DNA of 64,000 nucleotides from Selaginella moellendorffii (GCF_000143415.4 NW_003314429.1:124001-188000); one strand, 5' to 3'. Shown: positions 11,948 to 23,598, numbered from the stretch's first letter. The notes: generated by a model from the letters alone, not told the origin. A program made the numbers and translations.

Positions 11948-14900
11948 TCAGGGTTCTCTTGTAGATGGGCCGGGATCTAGAAGAACGTCAAGAGGAGGCA
12001 TCGGTGGATCTGTAGACAGTATTAACTGCTCCTGATCCCTTTGTATGAAGCGTTTTAACCGCTGCACATGCACAATCTCCGGAGGATCGGCCTGCTGAAC
12101 GTCATGCCAAATGTCATGCCGAACCTCATAAACTTGTGGTCCAACTTGCCGCAACACTCGATACGGTCCTTTCCACTGCGCAAAGAGCCCCTTAGATAAA
12201 CCACGTACTGTAAGATGGGGAAAACGGACTAACACCAAATCATCCACTTTGTACTCTGCAGGTGGACGATGATGGGAATTTTAGCGCCGTTGTTGTCCCA
12301 CTTGTACACGGCCTAAGTGTTCAGCAGACTCTGCTCGGATAAGTGGAAGAATGCTTGTCAAATATTGATCCCATGACCTAGCATCAAGAGCTCATGGCAA
12401 TCGCGAAGGTAAACCCAACTTTGTTGGTAATATTGGATCATGACCATATAGAAGTTTATATGGTGAAGCACCAACAGAACTCTGCACCCCTGTGACATAT
12501 GCATACCGAAGAAACGGCAAATAACCATCCCAATCCGAATGCTGAAAGTTCACATACTTCGCAATCATCCCTTTGAATGTCCGAATGAGCCGTTCCACCA
12601 GACCGTCTGATTGTGGATGGTAAGCACTCGTAAAAGTGTGGCGTATCCCCAACCGAGATATCAAAACATGAAATACCTCAGCCATAAATGCAGGACCATT
12701 ATCCGAAAGAATCCGCTCTGGACAAGAATGCTGGAATACCACTCGATTGAGGAGGAAGTATCCAACAGCAGTTGCAGAGGCACTAGCAAGAGCACCAACT
12801 TCCACCCAACGAGTCAAGTAGTCAGAAGCAATAATAACATACTCATTGCTAGCAGTCGATCGTGGAAAAGGTCCCATAAGATCAAACGCCACCAACTCAA
12901 ACGGACAAGAAACTGCAATTGACTCTAACCGTCCTTCCGCAGCACAAGGGGGAGTATTACGAGCTTGGCACCAAACGCAGCTACGTACATACCAGATAAT
13001 ATCACGTCACATCTTTGGCCAATAGAAAGATCTGCGCAGCTTCTCGGTGACACGACGGTGTCCCATATGCCCACCTAGAATAGGAGAATCATGGTAGGCA
13101 TGGAGAAACCGCGGAATAAACACCGAAGGCACCACCAGCCGTAAATGATCATCAGGATCCGTCCCCACAAAATAAAGAAGGCCATCTTCAAGGCAATATT
13201 GAGAATGTAAATGCCGAAAAGGCAAGTCATCAGCAAGTGATGCAGGATTCTCAAACCCATCTCGAAGCCTTCGAATCCACGGCTCAATCTTTTGAGCCTC
13301 GCGAACCTCATCAAGAGAAGGTAGATCTTGCTCTGCGCCCTGTGGACACTGAACGTCAAGGACAACAACCGCCGATGGCACAGAATCCTCATCTAGAAAA
13401 TCCACAGATGCTGGAACAACAGGTTCGTCAGAAACATGAGAAGTGAGTGGAGAAGGAAGAGGAGCTCGAGAAAGGGCATCAGCATCAGCTATAGAACTCC
13501 CTGGGCGATGAACAACATCGAAATCATATATCTGAAGCTTCAAAGCCCATCGAGCCGTACGACCAACCAGGTTCTTCCGCTTCAATAATGAAGTAACAGC
13601 AGCATGGTCACCTTCAAGTAACGTCCGAGAACCATGTAGATATGCATGAAATTTCTCGAAACCCCAGACTGCTGCTAAACACTCCTTCTCTGTCGTGGAG
13701 TAGTTCATCTCTGCTGGTTGTAATGTACGGCTTATGTATGCAATGGGATGGCGCTGACCAGGCACACTCGAGCTCTCTTGCATCAACACACCTCCAAGAC
13801 CAATGTCAGAAGCATCCACGCGCAAAATAAAAGGTCGAGTGTAGTCAGGATATGCCAAAACCGGAGGAGTCGTCAATAGCTCTTTGAGATTCACGAACGC
13901 CCGCTCACAATCAGGAGACCAGATGAAAGATGACGTTGATGACTTCAACAACGCTCGCAATGGTGTAGTGCGATCAGAAAGATGATCCACAAAACGACCG
14001 AGATACTGCACCTTACCCAAAAAGCGCTGCACATCATTCACACACTTTGGAGTAGGGAACTTTAGAACAGCCACAAGTTTGTCAGGATCAACTTGCAAAC
14101 CCTCACGAGAAATACGGTACCCAAGATAAGTTGTGTCCTTGGACCCAAACACGCACTTCGACTGCTTCAGCTTTAAACCAACATCGCGTAGCCGATCCAA
14201 CACTTTACAAACATCATGAACGTGCTCCTCCCACGTCCCCTCCGAGTGGATCAAAACATCATCAATGAAGTCAGCCGTCACCTCCAGCATATCGCAAAGA
14301 ACCTCGTCCATCATCCGCTGAAAAGTTGCTGGAGCATTGTTCAAACCAAACGGCATCACCAAAAACTCGTACAAACCAAATGGTGTACGAAAAGCAGTCT
14401 TAGGAATATCTTCTTCGGCCATCGGTACTTGCCAATACCCAGAAGCAAGATCTAGCTTGGTGAACCAACGACTTCGCCCCAGATGATTCAAGAAATCAGC
14501 AGTGTGAGGAAGAGGGTACACGTCCGGGATCGTCACTTTATTTAACGGACGATAGTCGATGCAGAAATGAATACTCCCATCAGGCTTCGTCACAAGATGA
14601 GGTTCACATGCCCAAGGACTCCGCGACTTCCGAATAACACCCTTCTCCAACATCTCCTTAACGTTTGCACGTAAAATCTTGATCTCCTTGGGTGACCGAC
14701 GACGAACAGGAACCTTGATTGGACGAGCATCCCCGGTTGGAATGGGATGACGTGTGGCAACCTTGGCCCCAGACGATAGGTCAAATTCAAAGAGATCAGA
14801 ATACTCCTTCATGAGCTGGTCAACAGCTGCAACACAAAGATCATCGGAGGGATCGGAAAAGGGAAGAGCAGAACAAGATGGAAACACAAGAGGAAATAGT

Positions 14901-15424
14901 GGGGGAACAAAAGTAATGGAAGCAGAGGTAGAAGTAGAGGGACGAAGAGGTACGGAAGTGAGAGGAATGGATGAAACATAAGGAAGTATGAGACAAGGGG
15001 GAGAAGCCTCAAAGTCACACTTGGCATGATTGTGCTGCAACCAATCCATACCAAGAATGAGGTCAAAAGCTTGACTCGGCACCACCCGCAACGACTGCAA
15101 CTCAAGCTCGAGATCGCCCACACGCACAACCAGGTCCGCCTCATCTCGTGCACATGCATGTGTACGGCCGTTGCCATAAAGAATGAAAACTGGATCCGCC
15201 GCACGACGCAAGTGTAGACGACAACGTGTGGCAACAGGTCGAGCAATAGAAGATAAACTCGAACCTGTATCAACCAACACGGAGAGAAGAATAGGAGACC
15301 TCTTGTTATAAAAACGAGCTTGGAAAGTAAACACTGGATGAACTGGTGCCGAGTGAACCCCTTGATGATACTCCCGAAAGAAAGATGGAGGGGTCACCAA
15401 CTTATTCGCGCAAGGTTCCTCCAT
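11948..15424 (-). pseudogene. pol: pol of element 1 (protease, RT, RNase H, integrase), interrupted by in-frame stops
   Basis: ORFs 13007-15424, 12392-12895 and 11948-12247 are collinear. The stops at 13007, 12392 and about 12281 correspond to CGA, CGA and TAC in element 2. Confidence 0.92.
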
Positions 15425-16356
15425 TACTCGTGCGACTGCTCGTTTCCCAAATGCACCTCAGTATCCAAACCTTCCACCGCAGTAGCACCAACGGGACGTT
15501 GCTGACGCCAAGGTCTCCACCCAGGAAATGGAGGTCGCCAATCCAGAAAGCGCCGACAACGCCGATAAGTATGACCAACTTCATCACATGCCCAGCAACG
15601 AACGTCACGGCCACGACCACGTCCTCGCCCTTGTCCTTGGACTCGAGCAGCAGCAGCATCAACCTCCATGGGAACAGGACCATCACTCATAGGAAGTGGA
15701 GCTGAAGGACGTGTAGCAAGAAGTGGAAGAGGCGACGTCTCATAACGTTGTGCCAAGCGAAGAGCATCGTCAAGAGTGGCAGGAGCAAGTGCATGCACAA
15801 GTCCGACAAGATCTTGACGAAGTGCTGGCCACAACATTCCTAGCTTGATCCGCTCCGACATATTTGACTCCGCACGAAGCAAAAGACTTCGGAAACAAAC
15901 GCCAAATTGCATCACCGACTCAGATGGCCCTTGGCGAAGACGATGCAATTGTTGGAAGGCATCATCACAATCGTCGGCGTGTCCGAAGGCGCGTTTGAAG
16001 ACGTCCGGAAGAACACTCCAATCGCCACGAGTGGCTGCACTCAATCCATTATACCACTGCAATGCCGTCCCTTGGAGACATGTGGGGAACTCACGCAAAC
16101 ATCGAGCATCATCCCAAGAATGATATGCGGCAATCACCGTGAAGTGATCGAACCAATGGTACACATCATCCCTAGGATTCCCACGAAAGAACTCCGGCCG
16201 AACGCGAGGATTGGCACCAAGAGCAGGAGGAGTTGTACCATGTGCCGTGAACGCCGCTATCAACTGAGTTTGGTTGCTCAATTGCAAACGCATAGCATCA
16301 AGCAATTGAACCAACTACTGCTCTAGAGTCAAAGGAGGAGATTGTGGATCGGCCAT
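15424..16356 (-). CDS. gag: gag of element 1
   Basis: Contains FRGNPRDDVYHWF, LQGTALQWY, VPMEVD and the CWACDEVGHTYRRC knuckle. An in-frame TAG occurs at codon 14 after ATG 16356. Confidence 0.88.
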
Positions 16357-17144
16357 GAAGATGAATAAAAAAAGAAAGAGCAAAAGAAGAGAAATGACAA
16401 AAAGCTGGAAAGAAATGGTAGATCTAGACAATGCAAAAAGCTAGATCTAAACCAAAATCCTGAAAGGAAAGAACAAAAAAAAGGAAATGGAAAAAGCTAG
16501 ATCTAGACAATGCAAAAGTTAGATCTAAACTGAAATCCCAAATCTAGGCACTCCCCAGGGACAATCAAAGCTGCCCTTCATCTCCACCAATGTGAGTGCA
16601 TGGAATATAGAAAGGGAATACAGAAATGTGCATATCAATTAGCCCAAAAACCTTAGCTTATATATAGGAGCGAGTGGTCCGGATTGAAACCAATCCGGCG
16701 GCTACCAAAATCCCACTACGCTAATATTAGTATACGGCATCATAGCCATACACTTTGCCCTCACAATGTGTGTATATGTATATATATAAACATTTAGATA
16801 TTTATAATCATAAAAATTCTGAACACCAATTTTTTAAAACTTTTATTACTTTTCTTTTGGTAAAATTCTCTAGATCATGTAATATGCTTGTATTATATCT
16901 CAAATGATAACATACAAGTAGGTGGTTTTCTCTCTATGGTATTCCAAAACCAATACAACGTCATCAGATTTTTTAAAAGAAAGAAATGTGATCAAAGTAT
17001 AAATGTTGATGACTTCATTCAAAACGTTTTAAGTTGGGTAATATGCGTGTTTATAGGACTAGGGTTCCAGAGCCTTGGGCGATGCCGCGATGGAGAAAGG
17101 TATGGGATTAGCGGGCCTAGCTCCTGCACATTCCCTCCCATGTC

Positions 17145-19529
17145 ATGGCTGTGGTGCCGGCGGCTCGCAATTCGCCGTTTTTCTCGAGAGAAAGGAGAGG
17201 CTATGGCGCTTCCAGCACCAGCGACGAAGGAATGCAAGGAAGGACTTTCACAAAAACAAGCAGCAGTGGCTCAGAGGATAAAAGAATTCTCAGCTGGAAC
17301 AAGATCAAACAAGAGGAGGACAAGAGGAAAAAGGAGATGGTGCTGGAGCTCATTGCTGCATTGAAGGCGGCGAGCGGCTCAAAAGCGATCGAGAGGGGAA
17401 GGCAGCTCCATGCCGCAGCGGTTGAGAGTGGCAACGGTTCCAACTTCTACGTTGCGAGCTCTCTCGTGAGCATGTACGCGAGATGTGGCTGCATGGGCGA
17501 GGCTCGCTCGGTGTTTGATGCCATGGAGCACCACGATGTGGTTCTCTGGACAGTGCTCATGCTCGGCTACTCCAAGAACGGCCATGGAGAAGTGACTTTG
17601 GAGCTCTTCTCGCGGATGCTGCTCGTCGCAAGGCCGAATTCTCAGACGTTTCTGGCTGTGCTCAAGGGCCTTTCGAGCTTGGCTGCAAGGGAGGAAGGCA
17701 GGAGATTCGGTGGAAAGGTGGTGAAGACAAGGACTCTGGAAAGAGTCATGGCTGTCCACTTGCAAGCCGAGGGATTTGGATGCGAGCTGGATAACTTTGT
17801 GGCGAGCTCGCTGGTGGACATTTATGCCAGGTGTGGGAGCATGAGGGATGCTCGCAGAGTTTTCGATCGAATGCCGAGCCACAACTTGGTGGTCTGGACG
17901 GCATTGATCCTGGGCTATGCTACGAACGGGGAGAATGAGGTTGGCCTCAGGCTCTTCGCTCGGATGCTTGGCGAAGAAGAAGGACGCAGGACAGATTCGC
18001 AGGCTTTTGTTGCTGCGCTCAAAGCTTGCACGGGGCTGACGGACAGAGAGGTGGCAAACGACTCAGGTGTAAAGATCCAGTGCTTGGAGAAAGGCATGGC
18101 TGTGCATCGTGAAGCTGCCAAGAGTGGAGTTGCAACGGAGATATTCGTGGGAAGTGTCCTGGTGGATACATACGCGAAGTGCGGAAGCATGGAGGACTCC
18201 CGCATCGTGTTTGAGAAGATGGTGGCTCAGGACGTGGTCTCGTGGACCGCTCTCCTGTTTGGCTACGCACAGAATGGCGAGAGCGAGCTGACCCTTGGGA
18301 TGTTTGAGAGAATGAAAGCCTCGGGGTGTGCACCGAATGCTCAGACGTTCGTGGCAGTTCTTCACGCGTGCACGAACTTGGCTCTGCGAGAGGACGGCAT
18401 TGAAGAGGACGGCAAAGTCCTCAAGGTGAAAGCTCTGGAGAAAGGCATGGCTGTTCATCGGGAAGCTTTCAAGGCCGGGTTTGAGCCGGACATCTGTGTG
18501 AGCAGCACGCTGGTGGATATGTACTCCAAGTGCGGCAGCGTCCTTCAGGCTCGCCGGGTGTTTGACAGGATGAAGCGCCACGATGTGGTGTCATGGACAG
18601 CGCTCATACTCGGCTGTGCTCAAAACGACGAGGGAGATATGGCACTGGAGCTCTTCACAAAGATGAGGCTTGAAGAGAAACGTTGCCAGCCCGACGATCA
18701 GACGTTCGTTGCCGTGCTGAAGGCCTGCTCCACAGTTGCATCGCTCGAGTTTGGAAAGAAGATCCATGCAGATATATGCCGGTGTGGACTCGAGGCTGGC
18801 AGGCTTGTCACGAACTCGGTGGTGGATTTCTACGGCAAGTGCGGGAGCATGGTCGTGGCTCACCAGGTTTTCGATTCCGCTAGAACAAGAGCCCGGGATA
18901 TAGTCTCGTGGAACTCGCTCATCACAGGCTACAGCCGCCACGGTGAAACCGACGCCGTCCTCGAGCTCTTTGCAAGGATGGTGGAAGAAGGCTTCCAACC
19001 GGATGGCATCACCACACTGGCGGTCTTGAACGCGTGCTGCCATGCCGGGCTGGTTGAAAGAGGGAGGAAGCTCTTCCAGGAGATGTGCTCCCGGAACGTG
19101 ACGATGGAGCACTACCACGTCGTGGTGGACATGCTAGGCCGGGCAAACAAACTCCAGGAGGCGGTGGAGATGGCGAACTCGATGCCTTTCGCAGCGAATG
19201 TGGTGACATGGACCATCGTGCTGAGCTCGTGTCACAAGTGGAAGAGCTTGGAATTTGGAAGGCTGGCGTTTGAGGCACTGGTGAAGCTGGATGAGAAGCA
19301 GGCTGCTACTTACGTTCTCATGGCCAACATCTATGGAAGCTTGGGCATGGTTGAGGAGAAAGCTAGAGTTCATGCGATGAGCAGGAAGATTGGCGCGTGG
19401 AAGAAGCCTGGATCAGTGGTAGTCAATCTCGATTCGTTTGTCAGTTGTGGTGATCATCCTCAAAAGGAAGAGGAAAAGAACTATTATCAAACTTGTGACA
19501 GACATACTTGTAAAATAGAACTTCTATAA
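17145..19529 (+). CDS. PLS-class PPR protein with E/E+ domain (copy 1, intact)
   Basis: 794-aa intronless ORF with repeated P-L-S triplets, MPFAANVVTW...YVLMANIY and a KKPGS...HPQ tail. No DYW domain. Confidence 0.93.
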   Translation: MAVVPAARNSPFFSRERRGYGASSTSDEGMQGRTFTKTSSSGSEDKRILSWNKIKQEEDKRKKEMVLELIAALKAASGSKAIERGRQLHAAAVESGNGSNFYVASSLVSMYARCGCMGEARSVFDAMEHHDVVLWTVLMLGYSKNGHGEVTLELFSRMLLVARPNSQTFLAVLKGLSSLAAREEGRRFGGKVVKTRTLERVMAVHLQAEGFGCELDNFVASSLVDIYARCGSMRDARRVFDRMPSHNLVVWTALILGYATNGENEVGLRLFARMLGEEEGRRTDSQAFVAALKACTGLTDREVANDSGVKIQCLEKGMAVHREAAKSGVATEIFVGSVLVDTYAKCGSMEDSRIVFEKMVAQDVVSWTALLFGYAQNGESELTLGMFERMKASGCAPNAQTFVAVLHACTNLALREDGIEEDGKVLKVKALEKGMAVHREAFKAGFEPDICVSSTLVDMYSKCGSVLQARRVFDRMKRHDVVSWTALILGCAQNDEGDMALELFTKMRLEEKRCQPDDQTFVAVLKACSTVASLEFGKKIHADICRCGLEAGRLVTNSVVDFYGKCGSMVVAHQVFDSARTRARDIVSWNSLITGYSRHGETDAVLELFARMVEEGFQPDGITTLAVLNACCHAGLVERGRKLFQEMCSRNVTMEHYHVVVDMLGRANKLQEAVEMANSMPFAANVVTWTIVLSSCHKWKSLEFGRLAFEALVKLDEKQAATYVLMANIYGSLGMVEEKARVHAMSRKIGAWKKPGSVVVNLDSFVSCGDHPQKEEEKNYYQTCDRHTCKIELL

Positions 19530-19782
19530 ACTCACTCCATTTTGTATCAAACTTTCTTTTGGTAGGAAAGAGGTTAGAGTGAAGCTTTGGAAGTGAAAGA
19601 GAACAAACCTGGCGGATGGCATGACCCAATGACGTGCATCATGAATCAGCTAAACCTGTAAAGGTGACAATGTTAAACAAGTCATTTGATCATACAAACC
19701 ACGCAGGAGCCCCTATATAAAAGCCCCTGGTGATCAGGACTATGAATCAATCAGTGCTCCATATTTACAAAAGAGAGTGTCA

Positions 19783-20033
19783 ATGGCTTCCTCCACTCAG
19801 TTTGTTCTTGCATTCTTTCTAGTGGCAATAAGCCTTATCAACGTTGAATCCCAGGATTCAGAAAAATGTAGCGGGGGTACTACCGTCTGTTGCTCCAATA
19901 TCGATTCTTCTAAAGATCTTGTTGATATCGATCTAGTTGCTCTTTTGGGATTCAAAAACTTCGCCTGCATACTCAATCAGGTTAAGTGTGAAACACTGAA
20001 ATCTGCTGCAAGGAGAAATGCAAAGCTATTTAG
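19783..20033 (+). pseudogene. Hydrophobin-like gene B, copy 1, with a 1-nt frameshift
   Basis: TATATAAAA at 19714, a signal peptide, then C-X6-CC-X24-C-X6-C. Restoring one A at about 19991 gives C-ENTEI-CC-KEK-C-KAI*. The 3' UTR resembles that of the intact copy at 48907. Confidence 0.72.
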
Positions 20034-20289
20034 GCCAATCAAGCACCAAGAAACAAAAGCATAAATAAATTCCTCTTAAATCACTAAATCGACAAAGCTT
20101 TCTTTCTCAATGTTTTTGACCTAGTGCGTTGGTATTGATATCAGCTATTTTAAACTCTGTCAGGCAACACTTTTTCTTCCCAGGAGCATTTTGGATTTAA
20201 AAGCTGCATTTATCGTTCATTACATAATGAGTCTGAACTCGCAGATATCCAAACACTCTTAGCTTCTAGTCAATGATCATAATTTCCCT

Positions 20290-23232
20290 TCAGCTAGATA
20301 CTCCGCCACCGCCGCCACCGCCACCACAACCACCGCCGCCACCACCACCACCTCCTCCGCCACACCCGCCACCACCACCTCCGCCACACCCGCCACCACC
20401 ACCTCCGCCACCTCCTCCACAACCTCCGCCTCCGCCTCCGCCTCCGCCACCTCCTGCTCCACCACATCCCCCACCTCCACTGATGCCACACCCGCCTCCA
20501 CCAGCACCACCTCCGCCACAATACGAACCACCTCCATCATACCAGCACTGGCCATCACCGCCAAAACCATCACCACCACCAACATCATCGCCACCGTCAC
20601 CACCGTCGCCCCCGTGCTCTCCCCCGTGCTCTTCCCCGTGCTCTCCCCCGCCCTCTCCGCCTCCGTCCTTGCGGCGACGGCGATCAACTGTCACAGCACC
20701 TGGTCAAGCAGCAATGTTCTTAGAATTTGCGTGCAAAGAAACTTGTTTCTCACCCCAATGATCTTGTTCTTCTTCTGAGATGATCACTCGTTTCCTCGTA
20801 TTCGTCCACGAAGGAATGCCTTTGCCGAGCATATCCGACACGGACATGCTTATGGTTGCCAGCAAAAGAAGCACAAGCAGCACATCCTCATTGCGATCAA
20901 TCTGAGACAAATCAAATCACAAAATTGGAGCTAAACTTCGATTAAAGTCTACCTGCATGCCACCAGACCGCCAGTTGAAAAGAGCTGTCGCCTTGCCTTG
21001 AGGAGCGTCTCTTGTGNNNNNNNNNNNNNNNNNNNNNNNNNNNNNNNNNNNNNNNNNNNNNNNNNNNNNNNNNNNNNNNNNNNNNNNNNNNNNNNNNNNN
21101 NNNNNNNNNNNNNNNNNNNNNNNNNNNNNNNNNCACTATATCAGAGAATCTGTACCACTATATATGCAGACTAACTCACCGGACAGTCGTGGGATTTCAT
21201 TTCAACGCGGAGCTGTGGTTTCATGTTCCAGTGCTTATCCTTGACATCTCTGTTAACAGTTAAAATAGCCTTCCCGTTCATTAGAGACCATCTCCTAGAC
21301 ACTGAAGATGGTTTCTCTAGTTGCCATGCAGATCCTAGAATTCACCTGAGAAAACAAAGCAACACCATAAATCTTTTGCAAAACATGTCCAGAAGATGCT
21401 CATACCATTTACGGAGCCAGTGTTGTAAGAACCGTCGTATGTCCACCCTCCTTTGTGAACATGGATAACTTTATCGGTGTCGAGAATGCTCCTTAGCAAA
21501 AGCCCTCCACCCTTGTATCTAAAGCAAAAGTTGCCACATTAGTTCTAGAAAAAGTGGCTCAATTTGCAAACCTGCAACGGACGACGAAGGATTCGTTTCT
21601 GGTGTGGTCGAAAACATTCCTTGTTATCCACATGCCTTCTCTGTGACTGTGGAGGCTGTGAGTGGCACAGTCGTCTCCCGTGTCTCTCACTCTCACGCTT
21701 CTGAAGAGATAAGGCGCAGTGACTGGAGGAGTAACGGAGATGTAAACCAGCACCGACACTTCTCGGTCCTTCTTTGTCTCCAGCAATGGAAACCAGCCGC
21801 TGAGTGATTGCGTTTCCGAGCGGATGACAGTTTTCCATGGAATCAGGAGCAGGCCCACGGTTTTGGATATCAAAAAGCGCTTCTGTCGAACTGCGAGCAC
21901 CAGCCCTTCGGTGGAGAGCTCAGCTGTTATGGTTGAGACTACGCTCCGATGAGAGGAAGCCTTCATTCGTTGGCTCTCGAGATTCAGATACTTTTGATGG
22001 TTTAACGAGCTTATCACGTAGTAGATGGTCCTATCGTCTGGCAAACCTCTGGTACCTCTTACGGAGAGATGAACCTGCATAAATCGAATCAGATCAGACG
22101 AGATTGACAATAAATCTGCGAACTCCAATACCTGAATGGTCTTTCGCTCAGCCAAGTCATAGTCGTTTTCACTAGCGAGCCTGGCGAGCTTGGCTGGATC
22201 ATAAGCAGGTGTTCCGGGAATGGATGCTGGTGGCTCCCCTCTATACATGCACCCTGCTTTCTCGTATGGAAGGCCATACGTGTCTTCCCACATAGATCGA
22301 GTCTTTGTGAATCCATTGTCCAGTTTTCCTCCAGAATCTCGGTTGCTATCTGTGTCGTCATGCTCGAAGATCCTTCCCAGTACCTGTGTGAGATCGTTGT
22401 GGTAGCTCACAGGGTGAAGCTGATGTGTATGCCATATTAAATCGATGTCGTAAGTGGGAACGAAAAATGTTGATGTGCCAGACTTGCGTACGAGATGGAG
22501 AAACGCCTTGTAACGTGCAACAGCAGCTACCAAGAAGCTCTCGTCCAGGTAATGCGGCTCAGAAACCTGCGTACTCAAAGTTAATTTGCTTCCAAGGAAA
22601 GATCGTCACTTGCCTGATAGTAGAAACTTTTCTGCCTGAGAGCTGCTTCTGCCAAATCATAAAAGATATTGGTTGGTCTTTCGGTATATCGCCTTGTTGA
22701 GTCTCCACCGTAAATGTCAAGAGTGTATGGTTCGTCTGGAAAATTCGAAGCCCATGTACTGGCGCTTTGTTGGAGATCATTTCTGTGCCTCGCCAAAGAA
22801 GGTCCGTCCACAATTTTACCGAACAATCTCTTACAGTCGTCAGCATATTGAACCTAGTCAGACACGTAACTTTAGTAGATTGAAGTGGACAGACAATGAA
22901 TAGCCACACTTACAGGATTCAAGCGATGGCAATGCCATATCCAGCCGCAGTCGAGTGGCGGGACAAAAGTCCCAGAAGAATTTGCTAACAGCGGAAGGCA
23001 GCAGTACTGGTACCTAGAATCCAAGAAGAAATCAGCAAACTAGATCAAACAAGTAAATATCTTACCTCTCAATTGCCCTTTCCAGAACAGGCCTCTCAAA
23101 CAGCTTGAAATTGGCATGTACCAGCGAAAGGAACTCCAACTGTGATTTTGCAGCTGCTACCACATCCAGAGAGAGCGTAATTTCTTGAGCCTTGCGCCAT
23201 TCATTCACTTGATTCACGGAAAGCGAAGCCAT
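20290..23232 (-). CDS. Glycine-rich domain-containing protein (GRDP/DUF1399), copy 1; multi-exon, spans a gap, apparent 1-nt deletion near 21340
   Basis: Exons encode LDVVAAAKSQLEFL, PPLDCGWIWHCHRLNP, FYYQ|VS, ARYKAFL, VPTYDIDLIWHTHQLHP, HDDTDSNR and a C-terminal GGGCGG tail. Confidence 0.88.
21017..21133. other. Assembly gap (117 N)
   Basis: Run of N. Confidence 0.99.
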
Positions 23233-23598
23233 TGTTGTAGTCTGTGAGTCGAGCACACTGCTTGGTCTGCTTAAATAAGCGGGAAGAAGCTGCCTGCTTT
23301 GACTCTTTGAAGGATGCGTAGAGAGTTCGGAAATTCGATGTGTCTTAGAGCTTTTGGATGTTCAGGCTAGTTTACGGCGACGGCCAATGATCTCGCAATC
23401 CACGCGGGGCTCGTAGAGAGTTTCAAGGTCAGTGTGTATCATTGACTGGCGTCGCAGGATCGTCGAACTTGCTTTTTTCGTCAAGTCGTCTTTACCAAGA
23501 CTTTTTTTGTTACTGTGTCAAAGGATGTGCGTCCACGATAGCCTGAAACAAAACATAAAAAAAAAAAAAAATCAGTAGGAGAAGTTTCGACTGTACTT

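Larger units (their letters stand above)
11741..16765 (-). mobile_element. Full-length Ty3/gypsy LTR retrotransposon (element 1), degenerate
   Basis: 175-bp LTRs at 11741-11915 and 16591-16765 (TGTGAG...CTCACA), a 4-bp TSD ATGT, a PBS at 16579-16589 and a PPT next to 11916. Domain order is gag-PR(DTG)-RT(FIDD)-RH-INT(GPY). Confidence 0.97.

Noticed and set aside
20704-20706. In-frame TGA before the GRDP Gly-rich tail in both copies (possible readthrough)
   Set aside because: It lies inside a 54-nt GT-AG intron (TGG G|gtgag...ccag|GT GCT), giving DHWGAVTV after splicing.
20273-20761. Proline-rich extensin-like ORF (also about 49270-49720)
   Set aside because: It has no signal peptide and is the reverse complement of the Gly/Cys-rich C-terminal exon of GRDP.
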